DNA of 64,000 nt from Octopus sinensis (Eukaryota), in assembly GCF_006345805.1 (NCBI RefSeq), contig NW_021832435.1:53392-117391 (forward strand), read 5' to 3'. The notes under the pieces are model-generated. The model was not told where the DNA came from. It worked only from the letters and a program-made list of their open reading frames with translations, and searched no databases. Below, one piece after another: positions 25,629-35,657 of this stretch. How positions within the stretch are numbered: position 1 is the first letter of the stretch; every line of letters begins with the position of its first letter. Position numbers and translations under genes: made by a program.

Positions 25629-25708
25629 ATTTATTTTATAGAAGGAGCTTCTACAGGACTAGAACGAAACAGTTCTAGTCCTGTAGAAGCTCCTTCTATA
25701 AAATAAAT
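25629..25708. repeat. Perfect 37-bp-arm hairpin
   Basis: Arms 25629-25665 and 25672-25708 are exact reverse complements; loop GAAACA. Confidence 0.92.
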
Positions 25709-25709
25709 A

Positions 25710-25710
25710 T

Positions 25711-25742
<32 letters not shown>

Positions 25743-26489
25743 CACATACAAACATAAGCATGTGTGCACGTATATAAATACACACATATACACATAAGTG
25801 TGTTGTAGTGTGTGTGTGTGTATACATACACATACAAACAAACATGCACACAATCACACATCCATGTGTGTATGTGTATACTCATGTACATATGTGTATG
25901 CATACTTCCCTGTATACACAATCTGTCAGTAAGTGGGTATCATATATATTTACATATATATATAGATATCTTCCTGTATGTATGTGTATATATGTGTATG
26001 TATACATACATATATATATATGTATGTGTATATATGTGTATGTATACATACATATATATATATGTATGTGTATATATGTGTATGTATACATACATATATA
26101 TATATATATGTGTGTATATGTATGTATACATACACATATATACACATACATATACATATATGCTGGTGTGTTTACGTACCCGTCACTTAGCGGTTTGGCA
26201 AAAGAGACCAATAGAATAAGTGCTAGGCTTACAAAGAATAAGTCCTGGGGTTGATTTGCTCAACTAAAGGCAGTGCTCCAGCATGGCCGCAGTCAAATGA
26301 CTGAAACAAGTAAAAGAGCAATAGAATTATTATATATATATATAATCTGTATGTATGTGTGTGTATATATATATGTATGTATATATATATATATATATTA
26401 TATATATATAATCGTATGTGTGTGTGTGTATATATGTGTATGTATGTATATATATATATAATCCGTATGTGTGTGTGTATATATATGTG

Positions 26490-26530
<41 letters not shown>

Positions 26531-26625
26531 TATATATATATAATCCGTATGTGTGTGTGTATATATATATGTGTATAATATATATATATATATATAATCC
26601 GTATATATGTGCATGAATATATATG
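25710..26625. repeat. Compound microsatellite field with the 3' half of a SINE A (26160-26320)
   Basis: (TA)n/(TG)n/tatgtatgtgtata units. Confidence 0.9.
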
Positions 26626-27861
26626 TGTGTAAGAACATATAACAAGGGCAGCCCCTGATACTAAAACCAGAGTATGCAATTAAAAAAAAAAATCAGGCCC
26701 TTATTATAATTGAAGTATAGTACATTTAGCATGTTTGTTCTCCACCCCCTTTTTCCCCAGCTGTTTCTCATAAAATGAAAGATTTGTATTAAAATATGCT
26801 TTTTTTTGTTTTTACTTGCATTCATGTCTACATCTTAGGCATGCCCTGCATGTTTTGCATTCATAGGGGGAACCACCACTGCACATGTATATCTATATCA
26901 CATGTATAATATCTATATGTATATCTATATCTGTATGTTTGTGTATGGGTGTATTGATGTGTATGTATGTACATATGTAGTTGGAAGCACTCCGTCGGTT
27001 ACGACGATGAGGGTTCCGGTTGATCCGATTTTGCCTGATGTGCTAACGATTCCGTTATATTACTGCCTTATGTGTATTATTAATACAGGGTGTCCCTAAA
27101 GTCACTGATGGCTTTCAATTCTTAATAACTTCCTTAACTTTACAAATAAAGGCATGAAATTTTGATACAATATTTTGAAGCACTCCGTCGGTTACGACGA
27201 CGAGGGTTCCGGTTGATCCGAATCAACGGAACAGGCTGCTCGTGAAATTAACGTGTAAGTGGCTGAGCACTCCACAGACAGACACGTGTACCCTTAACGT
27301 AGTTCTCGGGGATATTCAGCGTGACACAGCGAGTGACAAGGCCGGCCCTCTTGAAATACAGGTACAACAGAAACAGGAAGTAAGAGTGAGAGAAAGTTGT
27401 GGTGAAAAAGTACAGCAGGGATCACCACCATCCCCTGCTGGAGCCTCGTGGAGCTTTAGGTGTTTTTGCTCAAAAAACACATACAACGCTCGGTCTGGGA
27501 ATCGAAACCGCGATCCTACGACCGCGAGTCTGCTGCCCTAACCACTGGGCCATTGCGCCTCCACATATGTAGTTATGTATGTATATGCATGAAATTGAGT
27601 GTATGTATGTATAGGTGTGGTTATATGGTTAAGAAGTTTGCTTTTGAACCACGTGGTCTTTCTTGAGTTTGGTCCCACAGGCAAGTGCTTTTCGTATTAT
27701 AAATTCAAGCTGACCTAAGTTGACCCAGCCCTTTTTTGCTCCACAGCCTGGGGCACCATATGCATGACAGAACACAAAGTGCATAATATATAATCTAATT
27801 ATTACATGCGTTATGCAAATGTAATTATCGCATGTCTGTTACACAACTTATTTCTACTATT

Positions 27862-28259
27862 AGGCGCAGGAGTGGCTGTGTAGTAATTAGCTTACTTAGC
27901 AACCACATGGTTCCGGGTTCAGTCCCACTGCATGGCACCTTGAGCATGTGTCTTCTACTATAACCTCAGGCCAGCCAAAGCCTTGTGAGTGGATTATGTA
28001 AACGGAAACTGAAAGATGCCTGTCATATGTAGTATGTATGTGTGTGTATGTTTGTGTGTCTGTATTTGTACCTCCAACATCGCTTGATAACCGATGCTGG
28101 TGTGTTTACATCCCGTAACTTAGCAGTTCGGCAAAAGTGATCGATAGAACAAATACTAGGCTTACAAAGAATAAGTCCTGGGGTCGATTTGCTTGACTAA
28201 AGGCGGTGCTCCAGCATGACTGCAGCCAAATGACTGAAACAAGTAAAAAGAATAAAAGG
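27862..28259 (+). mobile_element. SINE family A
   Basis: Full copy. Confidence 0.88.
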
Positions 28260-28668
28260 ATATTGCTTCATTCATTATTATCATCACTTAACATTTGAAT
28301 CTCCATGCTGCATAGGTAGGACAATTTGAAAGGAGCTGGCGAGGCTGGAGGGCTGCACCAGGCTCCAGTCATCTGTTCTGACGTGGTTTCCATGGTTGGA
28401 TGCCCTTCTTAATACCAACCGCTTTACATTGTGTACAATTTGTACAGGGTGCTTTTTATGTGGCACTGGCCAGGCACTTTTACATGGGGTCAGTTTCTTG
28501 ATACATACATAAAAAAAAATGAAAATTAAGAAAATGGAGATAAACCATTTAATAAAAATTTACCTGCAAAAATCCAACAGATTTTTGCAGATACTAAATT
28601 TTTATTAAACACTATATTCCCGCTTTCTTAATTTTCTTTTGAATGATTATGAACCATAATTTATATAT

Positions 28669-29076
28669 AGGCACAGGAGTGGCTGTGTGGTATGTAGCTT
28701 GCCTACCAACCACATGGTTCCGGGTTCAGTCCCACTGCGTGGCACCTTGGGCAAGTGTCTTCTACTATAGCCTTGGGCCGACCAAAGCCGTGTGTTTGGA
28801 TTTGGTAGACGGAAACTGAAAGAAGCCCGTCGTATATATGTATATATATATATGTGTGCGTGTACGTTTGTGTGTCTGTGTTTGTCCCCTAGCATTGCTT
28901 GACAACCGATGCTGGTGTGTTTATGTCCACGTCACTTAGCGGTTCGGCAAAAGAGACCGATAGAATAAGTACTGGGCTTACAAAGAATAAGTCCCGGGGT
29001 CGAGTTGCTTGACTAAAGGCGGTGCTCCAGCATGGCCGCAGTCAACTGACTGAAACAAGTAAAAGAGTGAAAAAGA
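28669..29076 (+). mobile_element. SINE family A, full length
   Basis: Consensus-like copy. Confidence 0.92.
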
Positions 29077-29406
29077 GAGACCTATTATTTTATGAATATT
29101 GTTATTACTCAAAACAAATATTAAGTAACGAACCAGTATTTCATTGGATATTACTATCCCTTAATGAGGCTAATTTAACCTCTATTTAAATTTATATAAA
29201 CTGCACCAACCGGTGGCATGTGAAAAGCACCTGCTACACTCTTGGAGTGGTTGGCATTAGGAAGGGCATCCAGCTGTAGAAACTCTGCCAGACCAGATTG
29301 GAGCCTGGTGCAGCTGCTGGCTCTCCAGACCTCAGTCAAACCGTCCAACCCATGCTAGCATGGAAAGCTGGCGTTAGACAATGATGATGATATATATATA
29401 TATATA

Positions 29407-29639
29407 CTTTATTTAAAGCAGCAGAAAATTCAACAAAACCTGTTACTCTGAGTTTCACGTTCCCATTCGTCGGACAGTTTTGCTAGAATATTCTAGCAAA
29501 ACTGTCCGACGAACGGGAACATGAACTCAGAGTAACAGGTTTTGATGAATTTTCTGCTGCTTTAAATAAAGCATATTACTCTACCACTGGTATTTGAGTA
29601 CTCTTTTTTCCACTTGTTTCACATTTATGTGTTTACTCC

Positions 29640-29641
<2 letters not shown>
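29407..29641. mobile_element. 165-bp palindrome plus extension; Penelope-like inverted tail carrying hammerhead-like motifs
   Basis: Arms 29407-29489 and 29490-29571 near-perfectly complementary around gctagaat|attctagc; flanked on both sides by (TA)n. Confidence 0.8.
29435..29481 (-). ncRNA. Minimal type I hammerhead-like motif (U4C variant)
   Basis: CUGU-CCGACGA-AUG/GGAA/CGU-GAAA-CUC-A-GAG-U-A-ACAG. Confidence 0.55.
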
Positions 29642-29684
<43 letters not shown>

Positions 29685-29762
29685 ATTGCAGCGTGGAAGG
29701 TGTTTATAAGCCATTTAAGAAACACACAAAACCGTTAGATTCACTTCAACATTTAAATTTAA

Positions 29763-29813
29763 TTTGTCAAAATATTTTCGTCGCTTTCAGACCGTAACCT
29801 GTTCACTGACAAA
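29763..29813 (-). ncRNA. Minimal type I hammerhead-like motif with G3:C8 swap
   Basis: UUUGUCA-GUGAACA-G-GUUAC..GCGAC-GAAA-AUAUU-U-UGACAAA; 7-bp perfect stem I. Confidence 0.6.
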
Positions 29814-30180
29814 GCTTAGCACGAAGCTAGCAAAAATGAGTAGTATCTGTATTTCAAAGGACCAGCCTTGTCACACTCTGTGTTGTGCTGAATCTCCCTG
29901 TGAACTATGTTAAGGGTCCACATATCTGTGGAGTGATCAGCCGCATGCACGTTAAATTCACGAGCAGGCTGTTCTGTTGATTGGATCACCTGGAATCCTT
30001 GTCATCGTAACCAATGGAGTGATAGTTGTAATAGAAAATGTTGTGTCAGTCTTTAGACTATGGCCATGCTGGGGCACCACCTTGGAGAATTTTTTAGTTG
30101 AATGGATTGATCCCAGTACTTGTTTCCAAAGGCTGGTGCTTATTTTACCAGTCTATATTGCCAAACTGCTAAGTTATGTG

Positions 30181-30594
30181 GGATCTTTTCGGTATGACCG
30201 GCAGTTTTTTAAAATAATTTCCACGTAAATAAAAAATTTTAAACTTCGTATACTGGTAGAATGTGTTTATAAAACATCTTTTTCTCTTGGCTTTATTGAG
30301 AAAATTCTATAGTTTGTAAGATATTTGTTGTTTTTTTTTTCTTCAATTACTGCAATTTCAATCAATCAATGACGTCTATTCAGGTGAAAAACATTCTGTG
30401 CCCTATGAATATGTCCCTCGTTTAAGAAACAGATTGGGTTTATTTATATTTCTGAAGAAAAAAAGATACCCTTCCTCCCACCCCTAACCCTAAAACAGAT
30501 TGAAATGCAATAGATCGATACTAGGGTCATAATTATGGGTGACAATTTCATATGACACCGCTAGAAAAAACTGCCGTTCAAACCGAAAAGATCC
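30181..30594. mobile_element. Non-autonomous DNA transposon with 8-bp TSD, inserted in a SINE A
   Basis: TIRs ggatcttttcggtatgaccggcagtttttt / aaaaaactgccgttcaaaccgaaaagatcc; TSD gttatgtg at 30173-30180 and 30595-30602; host SINE continues on both sides. Confidence 0.85.
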
Positions 30595-30867
30595 GTTATG
30601 TGTAATAAACACACCAGCACCAGTTGTCAAGCGATGGTGGGGGACAAACATTGATACACACACACACACACACCACACACACACACACACTCATACATAT
30701 ATGTACAACAGTCTTCTTTCAGTTTCCAGCTACCAGATCCACTCACAAGGCTTTGGTCGACCCCAGGGGCTATACTAGAAGAAACTTGCTCAAGGTGCTA
30801 CGCAGTGGGACTGAACCCGGAATCATGTGATTGGGGAAGCAAGCTGATTACCACACAGCCTTCTTAA

Positions 30868-31087
30868 CCCTTTCGTTACTAACCCGGCCAAAACCGGCTC
30901 TGGCTCTGTGGTAAAATGTCTTGTTTTCATAAGTTTTGAATTAAAATCTTCCACCAAGTCTTAGTCACAATTTATGTTCCAAACACTAGCTTAATGATAA
31001 CCAAGTTATTTTACTAAATTCTTTGTTATATTTAAAATGATTGAAAGAAACACAGAGCATCTCAACAGAAATACGGTAACGAAAGGG
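30868..31087. mobile_element. piggyBac-type MITE family 2
   Basis: TTAA-CCCTTTCGTTAC ... GTAACGAAAGGG-TTAA; inverted copy at 54414-54633. Confidence 0.88.
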
Positions 31088-31514
31088 TTAACCTCAATGT
31101 TTTTTCTAAATGTCTTTTCCTGTTTTTGTCTGCAACAGACTTCAAAGAAGAATTTCAAAACATTTTGTTGCACTTTCTGCAGAAAAAAAACCAAAAAACA
31201 AAACAAAAAGAAACAAATAGAAGTTACAAAAATAAAATAATTTCTTTGTTAAAAAAGGAAAAGGGAACATTAACCCTTCTGTAACTTAAACTACCAAAAA
31301 AACTATTAAGTACTCAATGTCTTTATTCAACAAATGAAACCGAATTTTGAACAAGAACCTGATCATCGTGTTTTTTTTTTGCTGACATTCTCCTTGTTTG
31401 GGTGTATTTGATATAAACATAGACTTGTTTTATCTTTAACAGTTTGTGTTTACATTCTGCATTATTATTATTGAAGAGTTTTTTATGTTTTGTATTTTGG
31501 TTTTTTATTTATCA

Positions 31515-31865
31515 TAAGTTGTGGCTGTGTTGTAAGAAGCTTGGTTCCCAGCCACACGGTTCCAGGTTCAGTCCCACTCTGTGGTATCTTGGGCAAGTGT
31601 CATCTACTGTAGCCTCGGGCCAACCAAAGCCTTGTGAGCGGATTTGGTGGACGGAAACTGAAAGAAGCCCATCACATCATTTCAGTTTACGTCTCTGTGT
31701 GTCTTTGTGTCTGTGTCTGTCTCCCCATCACTGCTTGAGAACTGGTTTTGGTATGTTTACATCAGTTTAAAAAAAAAAGTCTTGGGGTTAATTTGTTCAG
31801 CTTAAACCCTTCAAAGTGGTGCTCCAGCATGGCCACAGTCAAATGACTGAAGCAAGTAAAAGAAT
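31515..31865 (+). mobile_element. SINE family A, diverged
   Basis: A/B boxes and tail. Confidence 0.8.
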
Positions 31866-32050
31866 TATATATATATAAGTTCAGCAAAATTTAGATTCGG
31901 ATGAATATGGTACTTAAGTTAAAGGCACCAGAATTTGGTATGGTATTATCCGTATAAATCAAATAGGGTGATTAATAAAATGAAGCAGCATGAAACGATT
32001 GTACTACACTACCTTGGATATCCTTGTTGCTTAATTTGAGTATATATATA

Positions 32051-32177
32051 TATATCTGATGAAGCCTACAGAAACACCCAGGTACCTCAATTTCATCTAC
32101 TAATTACTTCAGTCTACTGGAGGAATAAAGGTAGAATGAGGTATTTTTGCCTCTAGGCTGTAACAGCTGTAAGATAT
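32051..32177 (+). ncRNA. Degenerate type I hammerhead with long stem II
   Basis: CUGAUGA (32056-62), AGCCUA/UAGGCU, inner GUACCUCA/UGAGGUAU, GUAA instead of GAAA, palindromic ACAGCUGU, then A. Confidence 0.45.
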
Positions 32178-32484
32178 TTTCCCAATTTCTATTCCTATAT
32201 GTTGTATATTTTAATAATTACTGGTATCTTTACATATTAATATATTTTATGTGTAAAGCATAATATGTTATACCTGTATGTATATTGTTGTACTTGTCAT
32301 TTTAGTAAATAAATAGATAAATTGACATAATATAATGTCTAAAAGTTGATGAATACCACCTATTGACCCCTTCCAGTTTCTTATTGCTCTATAAATTAAG
32401 GGTAAAATAACTCTTTACTCTCACCCATTTAGTACACTCAGTAATGTAATTGCAATGCAATTAAAAAAAAAACTTGTATAAACA

Positions 32485-32750
32485 CAGCTCTTTAACATCC
32501 TCCCTAAATGCCTGAGAGACTTACATGGTGTGGATGTGGGTTTCTTTAAAACTAAACTGGATCTCTTCTTGTCGGGAGTCCCAGATGAACCTACCTCACG
32601 ACAGGAGACGCAGATGCGGGCAGCAGCATCGAACTCCCTTGTTGATCAAGTGCTACGTATCAGAGGTGGATTCACATATTAGTGTAGCTCATTCAGCGGT
32701 GATGCCCCAGCATGGCCGCGGCCTTCGGGCTAAAACATATTTAAGGATTT
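32485..32750 (+). mobile_element. CR1/L2-group LINE 3' end
   Basis: Open frame QLFNILPKCLRDLHGVDVGFFKTKLDLFLSGVPDEPTSRQETQMRAAASNSLVDQVLRIRGGFTY* (stop 32680-82), then a 3' UTR with a cc-UUCG-gg hairpin. Confidence 0.8.
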
Positions 32751-34643
32751 TATATTAATAATTGGGTATTCTACCAGCAGTATATTGGATAGATCTGCTA
32801 TGGCTTCATTCTGATCGTCTGTATAAAACATGCAGTCGCTCCTTCCACGCAGACCCTGCTCCGGCCTGACTCGAGCTGAGAAGAGTCTTCAAGGCTTCGT
32901 GTGTGGATTTTGTCTGGGGGGACATTGTCGTGCCGACGCCGCAGCCACCAGTCGACCCCAGCCTCAAATGTCACCTGTGCAAAGTCAAACTCGGATGCGT
33001 TGGTGCTGCATAAACACACCCCTGCAGGTGGCGTATAAAAAGCACCTAGCTTGGCAGAATTGTTAGAGCATTGTGTTTACTTTTTCTATTCTGGCCAAAA
33101 GACTCCACTTGGTCTATGTTCAAATTAGCAAGATCTGGCCTTTCGTACCTACCCGACAATGTCATTCTAAAAATAAACAATCTCCCCCACCTCCTCCCTC
33201 CCTATCAGAATCTTAAAGCTGTGAGATAATGCAGGATTCAGCCCTTTAGCATTCAGATTATTGTCGAATGCAATGCTTATTTGTTCACATCGATTTGAAT
33301 TAATCTTGTATTATCTCGTAGCTTTGCGATTTCAACTATCTGATAGTCTGTGTACAAATTGACTTTGTAAAGTACTTGGGGAAGGCCAGATCTGGCCAGC
33401 TTGAACATAAAACAGGTGGGAAAATTGGGGGCTGGATAGGGCTGGATTAAATTCTAAAGGGATTAATCCAAAATGATTTGGGTAAATAACAGAATAATCA
33501 GAAAGCTTAAAGGGGTTAAGACAATGATAGTAGTGAACTGTGATTCAAAGAAGACATTTGGCTGTTATTTCTAAACAGGTTAAGCAACCACATAGTCTCC
33601 CTCCCTCCCTCCCTCCCTTTCTCCTCTCCTCCCCCCTCTCTCTCTCTCTCTTATTTCTTTATTCTTGCACTTGTAAATTCTACCAATAGTTGGATAATTT
33701 TAATAATTTATTGCTCCATTTCTTACTAGCTTTCGGTGCAATTTGCTGCTTTCATATAAAGTTGGTACTAAATACAAATTTTGTTTTTTTTTTTTGGTTT
33801 TTTTCTTTGACTCTTTCAGCAGCAACAACAAAAGCAATGCCTCCTTCTTCCTTTCCTTTTTTTTCTATAGTATTCTTTTCTGATTTTTTTTTTGTTTTTT
33901 TTTATAACTTTTTTTTTTTCCTCTTGAGATTTACTAAGAATATCATTGCTGGTGGTCTTTCATTTAAGAATGGTGCCTTTTTTTTTTTTTTTTTTTTTTT
34001 TTGAAGAGAGCAGGGGAAAATATGTATGTTTTCGATTTTTATGCCATCTCAAGTCCTATTGCTTTGCGAAGAGAGAAATTGCTGCTTTTTTTAAATTTTT
34101 TCTTTTTTTGTTTTTGTTTGTTTGTTTCATTGCAGCCATCTGGCTTTTAATACCACCCTACATTTCTACTTTTGACGATGTTTACATGGTTAATGGAGGT
34201 GACCTCGTTTGTTGTTCTTGTTGTTGACGACGAAGACGACGATGATGATGATGGAGTGTGTATCAGTCTTTTTAATCAGCTTGCAGACACTGCAAGCCCA
34301 ATACAAGGCATTTTAATCAATGTAACCACCACCATCATCATCATCATCATCCTCATCATCATCATCCTCATATCATCATCATCATATCATCATCATCATC
34401 ATATCATCATCATCATCATCGCCACCACCACCTTCAGCATCATCACCATCATCATCATCATCACCACCACCACTGCCGCCATCTTCGTAAATCACCATTA
34501 TCATCAATCAACGTCTTTGTGCTGCTGCCATTCTGGAGCAACTTTTCACTGCACATGCAAATATCTTTGGGTGTGTCTGAAGAAAGGGTTTTTCAACAGA
34601 TTGATATGAACAGTTCTATATTTAAGAGATGAGGAATTATGTA

Positions 34644-34788
34644 CCTTAATACCGGCTCCCATATGCTGCTCATATCTGCACTGGTCTGCTTAGGAGGTTG
34701 TTGTGTCCTAGAACCTCCTGTTGTGTCCTACAACCTCCTAAGCAGACCAAGTGCAGATATGAGCAGCATATAGGAACCGGTATTAAGG
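34644..34788. mobile_element. Small foldback element with ~58-bp inverted arms
   Basis: ccttaataccggctcccatatgctgctcatatctgcac.. / ..gtgcagatatgagcagcatataggaaccggtattaagg; TTAA near both ends. Confidence 0.8.
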
Positions 34789-34844
34789 AAGGATAGAAAG
34801 ATATTAGATTTATAAGCCCTAGAATTCATTCCATAATTGCCCAT

Positions 34845-35085
34845 GGGCATATGGCGTGTTGGTTAAGAGCATGGTCTACTAACCCCAAGATTCCAAATTT
34901 GATTCCAAGCAGTGACCTGAACAATAACAATGATAATAATAACATTGAAAAATACCTTAGGAATGAGAACCCAGGTTGGAAATTTCCCCAAGACACCTGA
35001 TGAAGGCTGGAGGGTATGTCAGCCGAAACGTTGTGTTAACAACAAATAAGATGAGGACGAATATCCTTTGAATGTAGATTAATAT
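34845..35085 (+). mobile_element. tRNA-headed SINE-like element with a hammerhead in its tail
   Basis: A-box-like TGGCGTGTTGG (34852-62), decayed B box (about 34895-34906), (AAT/AAC)n linker, then the hammerhead. Confidence 0.65.
34992..35037 (+). ncRNA. Minimal type I hammerhead ribozyme motif
   Basis: GACAC-CUGAUGA-A-GGCUG/10-nt loop/CAGCC-GAAA-CGU-U-GUGUU; all core nucleotides intact. Confidence 0.72.
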
Positions 35086-35588
35086 GAAGTCCCCCCCCCA
35101 AACACACTCTAATCTCTGGTGCCCGACACAGGTGTACTGTCACCCTTCTAGTCCTTTTCTATTGGTGCCACAGTAGCCTCTATTCTCAGGACCTGGCTGG
35201 TTTTGTGACACCTTCACATGAGCTTTGCTAAATTATTTGTTTACGACCCTGTCAACGTTAACATTTCTTTCTATTGTTTCACTTACATATATTCATGAGA
35301 AGGGGCTGAAAAGATCCTGGTTTGGGGTAAAAAAAATACAGGTGGATCAGTTAATTATGATTTTATTCAACATGTTCCCTCTTAAGATTCACACACTCAT
35401 TGCAGTGGCCCTTCAGTTTTTCTAAGCCCTGTAAAAGGACTTGGAAGGTTGAGCCTCCAGCCAGGCCTTTCACGATACCCTTAAAGCCAGGAACTTTTCA
35501 GCCAGGAACTTTGTGTGTGTGTATACATGTAGGTATATATATATATGTATGTATGTATGTGTGTGTGTATATACATACATGTGTGTGT

Positions 35589-35657
<69 letters not shown>

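Noticed and set aside
30483-30493. Telomere-like cctaaccctaa
   Set aside because: Only two units, internal to a MITE.
34172-34609. 145-aa Ile/His-rich ORF
   Set aside because: Derived from (CAT)n/(GAT)n trinucleotide repeats.
34852-34920. tRNA-like A/B boxes here and in all SINE heads
   Set aside because: No complete cloverleaf; each continues into a SINE body, so none is called as a tRNA gene.
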